NCBI RefSeq assembly: GCF_001194135.2
Contig: NC_068984.1
Location: forward strand, 85,589,073 to 85,653,072
DNA length: 64,000 nucleotides
Direction: 5' to 3'
Source: Octopus bimaculoides
Lineage: Eukaryota
The translations under genes and the position numbers were made by a program. Under the pieces are notes generated by a model that was not told the DNA's origin, ran no database searches, and saw nothing but the letters and a program-made list of their open reading frames with translations. This document shows positions 25,181 through 38,106 of this stretch, one piece after another. Positions within the stretch are counted from its first letter, which is position 1; each line of letters begins with the position of its first letter.

Positions 25181-25934
25181 ATTCATATGTTGTTGAATAG
25201 ATTGAGTCAGTCGCACTTTGCATAATTTGGTGCTTGTCCCAGGCTTTTACCCCAGATGGATGAAAGGCAAAATCAACTTTGGTAAGGTTTGAACTTGGCT
25301 GTATTTTGTTATATTCCTGTAATTATATGCCAAGATATTGCATCAGTTGCTCTACCAACTTTGTCATTCACCATTTATATCTCAGAGGACTTCCATGTAT
25401 TTTTGCAGGGGCTTTTTAAAATATGCATATTTTTGAAAAAAAACCTTTGCTGCAGATGCGATCTGAAAAAACTTAAGGTGATCATAATGTATTCATTATT
25501 ACTAAAAAGGCTTTTTAAAATTATTTTTTTGAAACTTTACGCCTTTTTACATCAAATAGTAATTTGGAACATAAGGTGTGGAATAATTCCCTCTCACCTT
25601 CTTTGCTGTTTTTTTAAATTTTTTTTTTCCTGAAGTAAAAAGATAGGTGGGAAGAGGTGTCTACCATTAATTTTTTTTTTCATTTTAGTTTTAAACTTAA
25701 TTTCAAAAGTTTTTTTTCTACATCTCATTATTATTATTAGAATCATTAGAAAACCTGTCTTGTGGTATTTTCTCAAGTGCTTTACATTCTGAGTTCAAAT
25801 CCTGTTGAGGTCAGTTTTGCTTTTCACCCTTTCAGGAGAGATAAAATCAAGAGCAAATGAATAACTGGGATCATTTTCATTGACCAGCACCCTCCCCTCA
25901 AAATTGTTGGCTTGTGCATAAATTAGATACTGTC

Positions 25935-25952
25935 ATTATTATAATAATAATA

Positions 25953-25999
<47 letters not shown>
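25935..25999. repeat. (AAT)/(ATT)n microsatellite
   Basis: Direct reading. Confidence 0.95.
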
Positions 26000-26744
26000 G
26001 CTAAGGCAATGCGCTGATAGAATTGTTAGCATACTAAACAATGTTCAGCAGCATTTTGTCTGTCTTTCCGTTCTAAATTTCAAATTCCCCTGAGGTTGAT
26101 TTTTTTGCCTTTCATCCTTTTGATGTTGATAAAATAAGCACCAGTTGAGCACAGGGGTCGAAGCAATCAACTTGCTCCCTCCTTCAAAATTACTGGCAAT
26201 GTGTCAAAATTCGAAACTGTTGTTGTTGTTATTATTTTAGGGCATCAAACTGGCTGAATTGACAGCACGCCAGACAAAAAATGCTTCACGGCATTTTGTC
26301 TACTTTCCAAGTTCAAATCCCGCCAAAATTGATTTTGCCTTTCATCCTTTCAGGGTCAATAAAATAAGTACCAGTTGTACACTGCCCCTACTCCCAAAAC
26401 TTCCAGCCTTGTGCTTATAGTAGAATGAATTATCACTATCATTATTAAAAGGCGACAATCTGGCAGAATCATTAGCATGTTGGACAAAATGCTGATCGGC
26501 ATTTCATCCACCTTTACATTCTGATATCAAATTCTGCCGAGGTTGACTTTGCCTTTCATCCTTTCGGAGTCAATGAAATGATCATTAGGATCAATGTAAT
26601 CAATTAACCCCATCCCACCAAAAGTTTAGGCCTTGTGTCCCTATTTATAGTTAAGTACTGGGTTTGATGTTATTGACTAACATTGCCCCTTAAGATTGCT
26701 GGCATTGTGCCTACCTTAGACAATTATTATTATTATTATTATTA

Positions 26745-26886
26745 TGCGTTAGGAAGGGCATCCAGCTGTAGAAACTCTGCCAAATCAGATTGGAGGCTGG
26801 TGTTGCCATCCGGTTTCACCAGTCCTCAGTCAAATCGTCCAACCCATGCTAGCATGGAAAGCGGACGTTAAATGATGATGATGATG

Positions 26887-26888
<2 letters not shown>
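26745..26888 (+). mobile_element. SINE-E 3' part with (GAT)n tail
   Basis: ggaagggcatccagctgtagaaactctgcc...catgctagcatggaaagcggacgttaaatgatgatgatg. Confidence 0.85.
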
Positions 26889-26933
<45 letters not shown>

Positions 26934-27899
26934 AGTGATGAGTTGGTAGAATCATTAGCACACTGGATGAAATACTTAGCATTCCACCTGTCATTGCGTT
27001 CTGAGGTTGACTTTGCCTTTCATCCTTTCGGGGTTAATAAATTAAGTACCAGTGAAACACTGGGGTCAATGTAATCGACTAGTCCCCACCCCACCACCAA
27101 ATTTCATGCCTTGTGTCTGTAATAGAAAAGATTATTATTAATTTATTTTATTTTATTTTTATTTATTTTCTGTCATTAGAAAACTGAACTTATAAGATTA
27201 TTATTATTTTATTATATTCTTCAAGTAAATTTTACAATTTTCTTTATTTCTTTGCTTATTTATATATTTAAAAAAAAAAAAATTAACTATTTCTGGCGGG
27301 GGTGTTATTTTCCCTTTCATTTTTTTTTTTATTATTAATTTTTGTTTATTCATTTATTTGTTCCCCACCCACATCACATCCCGATCAAATCTTCACTTCA
27401 TCTCCTCCACAACCAAATATCTTATTTGCACTGATCACTTATACAGCAGGCTACCATGCTGAGATATGACAAACATTCTAAAGAGAATGTAGCTGAAATT
27501 ATTTGATCTCCCCCCCCCCTCACTGCCATACTTAAACATTGCACTACTGCATCTATCTCTTTCCTTCCCTCCCTCCCCCATCTCTTTCTCTCTCATTTTC
27601 CTGTCTGAGATGTGTAAAAATTGGAAGTCTATTGAAGTTGATAATTTTCCAATAAATTGCTACACTTTCTGACAATATTAGGCACTGCCATCTATCTGAA
27701 GACATAAAAGACTTTTACCACCACCAGCAATAGTAGTTATAGTAGCAGTGTACTTGTAGAATAATAAAAGTGGTGTGGGGGAGGGTGATGGTTGTGGTGG
27801 TGGTAGTAGTAGTCGTAGCAGGCACATAGTAATAGCAGAAAATTCCGCAACAATCCAAGTCTGTGAGCCAGTTTTAAGTGGAGCCAATGAACAAGCCAC

Positions 27900-28070
27900 T
27901 ACATGCTCACTCATTCTGCTAGAAATAGCAGCCAGATTTCCTTTCCCTTGAAATCACACAGGAAGGATACATTGTAGTTTTTAAGATATACTTTGGCTAA
28001 AAATAGGTAACATGATGGTCACATCTTGAATGTCCTTGAAAAGAAGTCTGCTTGATCAGGGATGACAGTC
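27900..28070 (+). mobile_element. SINE-D
   Basis: tgctagaaatagcagccagatttcc...gaatgtccttgaaaagaagtctgcttgatcagg. Confidence 0.65.
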
Positions 28071-28074
28071 TACT

Positions 28075-28328
28075 TATGAAATTAACATGCATGTGGCTGA
28101 GCACTCCACAGACACGTGTACCTTTAACATAGTTCTTGGGGAGATTCAGCATGACACAGTGTGTGACAAGGCTAGTCCTTTGAAATACAGGTACAACTCA
28201 TTTTTCCCTGCTAAGTGGACTGGGGCAACGTGAAATAAAGTGTCTTGCTCAAGGACACAACTAGTCACTGGGAATTGAACTTACAATTGTGAGCTGAATA
28301 CCCTGAACACTGAGCCACATGCCTTCAC
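28075..28328 (-). mobile_element. SINE-C2: SINE-C 3' region on a different tRNA-like head with a V-like core
   Basis: Minus strand gtgaaggcatgtggctcagtg...gttcaattccc...tgtgtccttgagcaagacacttta, followed by the shared tail caaagg.c.agccttgtcacac...gtggagtgctcagccac. Confidence 0.75.
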
Positions 28329-28403
28329 ATGCACTACATGTAATCTTTGAATGAAACATGGAATGGTTTTGGCTTGAGCATTTTTGAAAATAAGTTTGTT
28401 TGA

Positions 28404-28517
28404 NNNNNNNNNNNNNNNNNNNNNNNNNNNNNNNNNNNNNNNNNNNNNNNNNNNNNNNNNNNNNNNNNNNNNNNNNNNNNNNNNNNNNNNNNNNNNNNNN
28501 NNNNNNNNNNNNNNNNN
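28404..28517. other. Assembly gap (114 N)
   Basis: Run of N. Confidence 0.99.
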
Positions 28518-28836
28518 TATGAAATTAACATGCATGTGGCTGAGCACTCCACAGACACGTGTACCTTTAACATAGTTCTTGGGGAGATTCAGCATGACAC
28601 AGTGTGTGACAAGGCTGACCCTTTGAATTACAGGCACAACAGAAACAGGAAGTAAGAGTGAGAGAAAGTTGTGGTGGAAGAGTACAGCAGGGTTCGCCAC
28701 CATCCCCTGCCGGAGCCTCGTAGAGCTTTAAGTGTTTTCGTTCAATAAACACTCACAACGCCCGGTCTGAGAATTGAAACCGCAATCCTATGACCGCGAG
28801 TCCACTGCCCTAACCACTGGGCCATTGCGCCTCCAC
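28518..28836 (-). mobile_element. SINE-C, 3' end cut by the gap
   Basis: Same head and body as 17204-17584. Confidence 0.9.
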
Positions 28837-29461
28837 TTGATCAGAGTTAACCTGGAGCTAAACAACAACAATACTTGTACAAACCACTGCTACCACCACC
28901 AACACAATGAAGATTCCTCTACTTCTTGCCAATGCAAACTATCAACATTTTTCTCAGATGTCTGATTTTACAATGTGGAATGCTCGTTTTAACCATTCAG
29001 AAACTGTTAAATTCCCCTATTTATTATTTGGTATCATAATTTTCATCACACTGTCTGTAGGCCAGGTCACTGATACAGTTCTACTATAAAAATTGACATT
29101 AACAGGTTCTGTGTGCTTTTGAATTGCTACAGTGATTCTTCCACACTGTAATTGCGTTAGTCTCAGACCAAATTATTTGTCAGACAAGTACATCTCCAAA
29201 ATTTAGATAAGCCCATCATCTTCATTTTAATGTCAACTGTTCCATGCTTGCATGCTTCAGAGTTCATTGAGGCAGAGTTTCCATAGCCTGGTACCCTTCT
29301 TGTTGCCAAACATTTAACTGATTCTAAGCCAAGTACTATTTTCCCCATGGTTACACATATATACACAGTATATTGGAAATGAATTACATTCATTTACAAC
29401 AATCATGCAATGTCAAGATAAGGAGATGTGAGGGGGAGGAGGGACATCCCCCACCCCACAT

Positions 29462-29622
29462 ATATGACAGGCTTCTTCCAGTTTCTGTATACCAAATCCA
29501 TTCATATGATTTTGGTCAGGTGGGCTATGATAGAAGATACTTGTTTGTAGTGCTATGTAGTGAGATTGAACTAGAAACCATGTGATTGGGAAAGCAAATT
29601 TCTTAACCACTCAGTCATGCCT
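29462..29622 (-). mobile_element. SINE-A 5' half
   Basis: atatgacaggcttcttccagtttctgtataccaaatcc...gaaaccatgtgattgggaaagcaaatttcttaaccactcag. Confidence 0.75.
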
Positions 29623-31470
29623 GATCATGTTTTAATCAAAATATTTCCCCATAATTTTAGGTAAAATTCAGATTCATTTTAGCTATGGAAGTATGGAAGA
29701 CGCATTTTAGCCATTCAAAAACACACAGAAACTGTTGACTTCACTTTATCAGAGCTGTAACCGATGACTGCAGGGCATACTGTCTGACATCATAACAATT
29801 TTTGATAATCCATCACCCTACACTAGCTTAATAATGAAAAGTAAATTATTTTATAAAATCTTTTTAAAATTCTTAAATATTTTCATAATTAATTAAAATG
29901 CACTTATATACACTGTGTTTGAAAATATGATCATGCAGGGGTTAAACCAAAAAACAAGTGAAAAAAAATCCCCCCCAAAATATCACTCATTTTCTCCCTA
30001 TGAAGACTTATAATGATATCAATTAATTAGAGGTAACTACATCCCCCTGCCATCTCCCAAAACAGCACTCTGGATCGCTTAGAGTGAGGTTCTTAAATAA
30101 ACTGACATTTCCTTAGTTATGGTTAAAGAATCATGTCACATTAGAGAAGATGAGAAAATGTCACACAAGCAATCTTCTTTGACTGACCATGTTGAATGGA
30201 AATTGAAGCACCCTGCTTTTTTTTTTTTTAATTTGAATGGTTTCCTGGATGAGGTTAGTTAATTTGAAAATTTAGTGCACAGTTGTATGTTATTAAACTA
30301 TCAAAACTAAGAGTAGGTGTATTTGTGTGTGTGTGTGTGTGTGCATGTGTCATTCATTTTTACATCCATCTTTTCATGTTAGCATGGGTCATAGTGTCAA
30401 TGCACATTATTGAAGCATTGTTTTATAGCAAGATTCCCTTTCTGTTACTAGCCTTTACCTGCTTATCAAGCAAGGAATCTCTTATTCTACATGTGTTTGA
30501 AGGTGCAAAACCAGATGACAATTTAACAGGAAAAATGGAAACAATATCACCACTCATTGTTTGGTGATGTTCAGAGAAATATGAATGTGAACATTTTCAT
30601 TATACATCTGTGTGTTCATACACACATATATATGTGGGGTTTATTTCAAACCCACTTGCCCGAGGCACTCTGAAATCTTACCCATAGCCAAGTGATTCAG
30701 AAGTGAACTTCTTAAGCATACAGTCAACCTGCACTTATATACATGTGTGTGTGTGTGTGTGTCCAGTTGAGAAAAAGAGAAAGTGGGGCACAAATATGGT
30801 GATCTTAGATGCCTTATAAAATTATATCTGGAGGGGGGAAAAAAAAAGAAGCAAAATGATCAATCAGCAGGTCCTAGTTGGAATGCCTTTGGTCATAGTC
30901 TGCTTGACTAAGGTTTACAGGAGCAATACAACAATGGTGACTTTATTTAAAAATGTGCCAGTTAACCTAAATCCTTTTGTGATGGATCTTTCTGTTTATT
31001 GCAGCATAGAGTGTTAGGGCATGGGGTTAGAGTTACTCCCATCATTACAGAAGGAGTCATCATGTAGTTGATCAATTGGATAGAAATAGTATTCAAATCT
31101 CTTTCACATCAGACACCCTTTAGTCTTTTAGTAAGGGAAGGCCATATTGGATAATGTAGTTCTAGATACACCATGTCTGAATATCTAATATATAAAGGAA
31201 ATGGTCAGTTGGAATATCTTTGAACAATCAATAATAGGTTTGCTAAATTCAGGCTTACCTAGAACTATGACAAAAAAATTTCAAGATTAAATCTTGATGG
31301 CAATGTCTCTGTTTTTAGTTTTTTTTTCAACCTTCCTAGGTTAATGAAATAAGGGTTGGAATGGCTCATAGTTTTACCTTTAAATGTGTGACCCCTTCTG
31401 CCTATGTTAGAATATCAGTGTCATTCTTGGATAGAACTTGTAGAACAACAGACAATATATATTTCATTAC

Positions 31471-31537
31471 TGCTTTTTTATGTCAGTCCAATTCCTGCTG
31501 AAGTATTTTAGGATAGATTGAAGTGACTGTACCCTGC
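31471..31537 (-). CDS. Candidate exon on the minus strand (RVQSLQSILKYFSRNWTDIKK)
   Basis: Strong acceptor aattttatttttttcAG, donor GTAATG. 67 bp, with one open frame of three. No protein recognised. Confidence 0.22.
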
Positions 31538-32214
31538 CTGAAAAAAATAAAATTGAAGCCAGTAACCAAGTTAAGTCATTTTCATTGTTTTAATTATAAT
31601 GTTAAAGAGTTATTATTTGTACATTACATATGCACAGGCATGGCTATGTAGTTTAGAAGTTTGCTTCCCAACCAGGACTTCAGGCTCAGTCTGTTATGAC
31701 CCTAGGCTGACCAAAGCCATTTGAATGGATTTGGTAAATGGATAATGAAAGAAGCCTGCTATATGTGTTTTTTTTTATCCTGTAAGTAACTTGTCCATTC
31801 ACTTTCTGCCTTTAAAGCAGTGTGGAATAAGAAGACTCCTTACATGAAAACAGATAAAGGTTAGCATCAACAAGAGCATCCAGCTGGAAAACAATACCAT
31901 AATATATTCATTTAACCCATGTTAGGATTGAAAAAGATGTAAAAATGAAAAAAGAAATTGTGGTATTATCGCCCATTTATATACCATTCTTCTTGTTCTA
32001 TTGTTTTCCACTGCACTGTTCCTTGTCTTGACTCTTAATTAGTGTTCTTTCAGGTATATACATACGTCCGTGTCTCTGGCTCTTGCATGAAGCAAAGTGG
32101 TGGTGTTGTAAATGAAATTAACTGTCCAATTTCAAATCTAACTGAATTTATCCAGATCTTGATGTTATCAAACGACAGGTGGAAAGACAAATTGGATGGA
32201 TGGACAGATATAAA

Positions 32215-32560
32215 AAGCAACTAGCTAAGTCTCTTAGATGGATAGATGGACAAATGGAGATATAGACAGACAGAGATAGAGATAGATAGAGAGAGAGAGA
32301 TATATAGGGAGAGAGATAGAAATATAGAGAGAGACAGATAGATACATACAGACAAACAGACAGGTGATAGATAGACAGAAACAGAGATAAGAGATAGAGA
32401 GAGGCAAGAGTTAGAGACAAGAGCTAGAGAGATTGATAGGCAGTGAGAGATAGATTGATAGGTAGAGTGAGAGATAGAGAGATAGGCTACTTAGAGGTAA
32501 ATAAGAGAGAGAGAGAGGTAAGTAAGTTAAAATAGATAGGTGCATAGATAGACTTATTGC
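32215..32560. repeat. Degenerate (GA)n/(TAGA)n/(CAGA)n low-complexity tract
   Basis: Direct reading. Confidence 0.85.
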
Positions 32561-32902
32561 CAATCAGAAGCAGATTGGGATAAGACAGAGAAAGAAGCTA
32601 GAAGAGAATCTCTTTTTGTTTTTATGCTTCTTTATGCTTCTTTATCATTTTCTTTATCTCTCTCTCCCTCCCCTTTTATATTCGTTGAGCCTGTCTAGTG
32701 GTGGGTTTAAAGTCTACGTCATCATTAATCAAACCAATCACTGACAAGGAGTATTTTTTCTCTTTTTGGGCCATGAGTTTCTTTTTCTTTTCGTTGTATC
32801 ATTGTCTAGAAGCAGTTGTGTATATCAATATACTTGCACACTCATACATGTAATCATTTATTTACATACATACTTCTCTATAATTTGATGTACATACATA
32901 TA

Positions 32903-32966
<64 letters not shown>

Positions 32967-34009
32967 GTACATTATTGTGTGTGTGTGTGTGTGTGTATTT
33001 ATATAGAGAAATATAATGTATGTATATACCCATGTATGTATATATGTAAAATTAGCATTCTCGGTTCAATTTTTACATACCAATGGCATGACATAATTGG
33101 AGCAACTGAAGTAAAAGATGATCAAAAAATATTATAGACATGGTATCTTTTCCCTTATTTCCCAGCCAAGAATTTTTTTTATTTGTTCACTTAAAAATTT
33201 AATGCTGTTGCTTTTGATGGGAAGTAGTGTGCATATGTGTATGTGTGACTGAGACATGAGGAAATAAAACCAGAAGTAGATTTGACAGTGAAATGGAGAC
33301 ACCATGTCTTGAAGGCCACAGCATTCTTTCTCTGCACCACACACACACACACACACACACTGTACTCTCATGGCCATCCCCACATCTAATTCCACAATCA
33401 TCTCATTCATGTCCTCTCTGTCACACTATCACCTCACATTTCCTCATTTGTACTCTACATATCTTCACTACCTCCTCTCACAACATGTCCTCACTGTCAC
33501 TCTGTTACTTCCCCATTTCCTGTGTTCATTATGCTTACCATTCCTCTTATACCTTGAATCTGGTACCAGGATTTACTTGAAAGTTGTTACAAAATATAGG
33601 TTTATCACAACTGGAATGACTTTGCTAAACAAACTTGAAATTCATCAGCATTTTATTGACAGTTAATACTGGTTGAGATTCTCTATGCTTCTACTGGAAC
33701 CTAAATTCCCTGTATTGTTTTGTTATTTGGTAAATAATTCACTAATGCAAGAATTTTGATACAACAATAAATAGCTCAGCAAGAAACAAAGCATGAAGGT
33801 TCAGTATAATATAATGGAATGTCTTGTTTTAACCACTACCACCATTGGTCATTCACTTACATAATTTCGTACATAGGCATGTAGTATGGAAAATTTATTC
33901 ATACTAAGAGTTCATATTTCTATTATATAATATCATCTGATACCAATATTTGAAAAGTAAGGGCTTAATACTCAAGGTAGATCAAGTACTCCTCCTAAGG
34001 ATCTTTCAC

Positions 34010-34791
34010 TCAAGGTTTGAGCCTACTGTTCTGCATTTCATTCAGTTCATGTTTTGGCTTATTTAGACCTGATTTGGTTGGTATGGGCCATGTTCCAATC
34101 CCATTCCTTGTAATGAGAACAGTGTTGCTTCTAGCTTCCATAACAAAGTTTATAATGTCAGTGTTAAACCTTTTTTTTTTTTCATATTTGCAATTCCTCA
34201 TCTATAGAACAAGACATTGTCAAGGATGCATGAATTTGATGATACCCTGTTGTCTGATAATAGCATGAGAAATGGTATAACTGACAAAGTAATCACAATA
34301 AAAAGGGCTCAATTTTTTTTCTCCTATTTTAATTATCTGCAGCATTTGTTTGTAATGATTGCAACCATTTTCTTGGAGCTATAATCAGATAGTCATGAAA
34401 TTTGGTGGGTATTTGTTTGATACCAAAATCATTGGCACTCCATTCCAAGTGAAAATTATACGCAACACCTGTTTTGCAGCAGAACTCTTCCTGATAGGGA
34501 TATAAATAATTTCTGGTAAATCTAATAAGGAATCCATTATGATAAGCAGCAATCTGTTACCGTTAAGATGCACACCAGTCCAAGGATTTCACTCTTGTAG
34601 GCTATAAATGAAGTCTGTTCATTTGAAAAAAAATTTTTTATCTCCACACATTTTGAATAATCTATGTAGTCCTCAACATTGCCTGATCAGCATAGTGACC
34701 ATGCTTGAAACCTTATACAATTGCATTTAGTAGTAATGCCACAATGAACATCATCATGAATACTTTTAATGATTCTCCTGAATATGTGAAG
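34010..34791 (-). pseudogene. Ty3/Gypsy pol integrase remnant (K02A2.6-like)
   Basis: Minus frames give IIKSIHDDVHCGITTK..R..AW (H2C2 zinc-finger region), NPWTGVHLNG..LLIIMDS...PEII..., IFTWNGVPMILVS (core D region), TTGYH and FVMEARS. Many stops and frameshifts, no LTRs found. Confidence 0.75.
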
Positions 34792-35439
34792 TTAGAACAA
34801 GATAGTTATTGCAAAGTTTGTCAATGTTTGATCTGCTTATAAGGTCTCTCAGCATTGGAGCTGTTACTCAAAATATTCTTAAGACCAAGGAAGGTCAAAA
34901 ATCACCTGATCTGGTGGTCTTGGTGCTGGATTTGGTGGGGATTTATCTCCCTGCTAGTGACATAAACAAGCATACATTTTGCACCAAAAGCCTATATGAG
35001 AGTTTCTCTCATGGTCTCTACTACAGTACAGTTTATTCTAACAGAACATCCATGTTTAAGTAGGAATAAATATATTTTTTTTAAATTCTGGAAATGATTT
35101 TGTTTAGTATTGAATTAGACATTGTTTCTAGATTTATGTTACCAAGACTTAAAACCATACACTGGATAGGAATGGTGGTAGTAAGCATTTACATAACAAA
35201 GAAATAATAATGCATAACTGAAGGTTAAATATAAGGTACCTCAAAATAATCTACTTAACTGTTTCAAATTAAGGGACACTCTGACTGATCAAGCTGTAGG
35301 TCTTATCTTTATGACCAATCACTACTGACTTTCCAGTTACAGAACTTGCAATATATGCATATCAAAGTATGAAGAGGAGTTAATTCATAAGTTTCTTATT
35401 TCTGCTATAACATTATCCAGTATCTTCAATTTAATCCCA

Positions 35440-35930
35440 GGTCAGCCTAGTCAACCAGACATCGATCAAGAGCATTCCAGCACTGATGTCTTTTATGAGA
35501 CACATTATGTCTAGGACGACATTATTTAATCCACTTTTTTCTTTCTTTGATAGGAGTATGTGGGTTTGTAATATCATGGAGATTTAGTTGTGGTTTCTAG
35601 CAGATCAAACAGCTATTTAGAGGTTTGATAGATGTATTTGCATATAATCTGACGTTTTGGTGGCTATTTTCAGCGACCAAGTAGAGACTCACTCATTATT
35701 TTCTTAACGTTAGGTTGAACATTTTTATTATAGAGTCGAAAAACTTATTTCCTGCCATGTGCTCTTGTGCCTATAAGTGGTGATTGACATTGATAACTCA
35801 AATCTGGCTGATCAAAGGTGATCTAAACATGATTATCTCTCCTTTTTTTAATTTTTTTTTTTGGTTGTAATAGTGTATCTAGGACAACATTGTCTAATGT
35901 ATTTTTTCTTTCTTTTTTCAAACTAGTGCA
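35440..35930 (-). mobile_element. SINE-D copies (two or three, degenerate)
   Basis: cccaggtcagcc...gatcaagagcattccagc...gatttagttgtggtttctagcag; ctggctgatcaaaggtgatctaaacatg. Confidence 0.65.
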
Positions 35931-36580
35931 GTAGGATATATAACTACTGTTTCTTGCAGTTCATGTGACCTCATTGAAGCTCCTTCTTTTGGAGGTCATT
36001 TATGTAGGTCACGGTCACTTAGTTATTTACGTTCAGAGCCATACACATGCATATGTCATTTCTACCTCCAAACAACTCTACCACCATCCCTCTCTGTTTA
36101 CAGTTTCATGCACTCCCCTTCCACCTACTAAGCTTTCTTCATTTTTGTTATCTATCAATCATGGGCATTGCTGTATGATTAAGTGATTTATGTATGTATG
36201 TGTTTATGTAGGCATGAGAGTATGTATGTAATGGTAATTTGCACATGTTCACACTGGGTATCAGTAATTTACATATACAAGGCTTGCATGGGTGTTGATA
36301 ATTTGTTACAGAGATATGTATGGATGTGCATGTTTGTGAATAAGTCTTTGTATTGTGTTTCTTCTTACCGTGGCTCACTGTCTCTCTCTCTCTCCCTCTC
36401 CTCTCTCTTTCTCTCTCAGTGACCAGTTCTTTGTTTGTTTCTCTGACTCATAATGGCCCCCCACACCACCCTCGCTATTAATTGTCACCTCCTGACCTCT
36501 TTATTCTACTATCTCCCTCTCCAATAATGCATATGCATTTTTTACAGCTGCCAATGAGGGTGGACCAGGTGGGCAAGGAG

Positions 36581-36704
<124 letters not shown>

Positions 36705-37599
36705 AAGTCAGCTGTCACCAGTTCCCTAACACACTAACTTTCCCTCTTTTTATCCACCTTCCACTCTTCCCGCCAATTCTATTTATCTCAGCTCCCTATC
36801 TTTCTCTCCATGTCTGGTTCTGTAGATTCTAATTGTCATGTTTTATTCTCTACAATCAATTTCCTGCACCACTCCATATATCATGATAATAGTAAAATCA
36901 TTGCCTGTGTTGAGGGAGAGAAATGGTTGTCAGGGTGTGGGTGGTAGTAGTGGTGGTGAGAATGTTGTAGTTTTAAACACCCAGCCATATACACCCTCCT
37001 CTCTATGTCCTACCTTCTACCCCTCCACATTTTTTTCCAGCTCATCTCTGCCTCTCTTTCCCTACATCCTTGCTTCCACTCTTACTTCACCAAATCCACA
37101 CCACATCTTAACTCACCCACCCCTAACCCCTCTACTCTCTCTCTCTCTCTCTCTCTCCTATTGAACCGTGATGAGTGTCTGATGACACATCTTTTTTTGA
37201 CCAATCAGAGGATCCTCTAACATGGTTGCTCACCCTCCAAGAAATAGCAGCTGAAATATTCTTTGAAAAAACCAAAAACAAAGCAAAAAAAAAAGAGATA
37301 GCTATAACTAGAATGCCTTTGATCATTTATGTATCAATTCAGTCGAGGCTTTCCTGGGGCTGAATTACAGCACCAAGGAAACTTTGTTGTTTATGTAGCA
37401 AACATGCTAATCATAAATTCAGTTTCAAATGAGGTTCACTTTCCTTTTGTTAAAAATGTGTCTCAGTAATAAAAATTCTAGGTTTAATTCAGTCGGCTTA
37501 TCTGGCTTCCCCCTAAAAATCATATGGTGGGGAGATGCATGTTTCAAAATGAGAAAGAGTTATTGAGGTGCTGTTGCCTACAAAACAACAGCAGCAAAT

Positions 37600-37830
37600 T
37601 GGTAGAATCTTTAGAGCACCAGATACACTGCTGTCAGTAGAGTGACAGGATCACAACAAGATAGATGCCTCATGGTATTTTGTTCAATTCTTGTAAATCC
37701 TGATTCCAGTTCCTGCTGAGATCAATTTTGTCTTTCGTTTTCGTGGAGGGTCAATAAAATAACCTTGTAGTCAACTTAATCAATTTCATAGCCTGCCCCA
37801 AATCTATGGCTTTGTGCCTCTCTTTGAAAT
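37600..37830 (+). mobile_element. SINE-B, degenerate
   Basis: ttggtagaatctttagagcacc...gggtcaataaaataa...ggctttgtgcc. Confidence 0.6.
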
Positions 37831-38106
37831 TATAACTATTACTATATATGATAGCATACAAGATGCACCCTAGTTGCTGCACCTCATATTCAGGAAGAAA
37901 CATTTTTAGTATTAAGGCTTATGGGAAGCCCTTCACATATATTGGGGGTGATTTTTCTTTTTCTTGAGATATTTTTGTGAGAAAAGAAACATCTTATATG
38001 CCATCAAATAAAGCATTTTAAATGACTTAGAAATGATACAAGCATTACTTTGCAGTTTAGTGTTAGAACTTTTTTCTTTGTTCTTTATTTTTGGAGAAGA
38101 ACAGTA

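Larger units (their letters stand above)
25780..27130 (+). mobile_element. Head-to-tail cluster of about five SINE-B copies plus one SINE-E, spaced by (ATT)n/(GTT)n
   Basis: Repeated gttcaaat.cc...ttgcctttcatcctt...aataagtaccag...gccttgtgc modules near 25790, 26000, 26240, 26445 and 26935, all on the + strand. Confidence 0.88.

Noticed and set aside
29620-29945. Possible third TTAA-ended MITE (ends tgatcatgcaggggttaa)
   Set aside because: The left end overlaps a SINE-A head and matches only about 10 bp, so the boundaries are unsupported.
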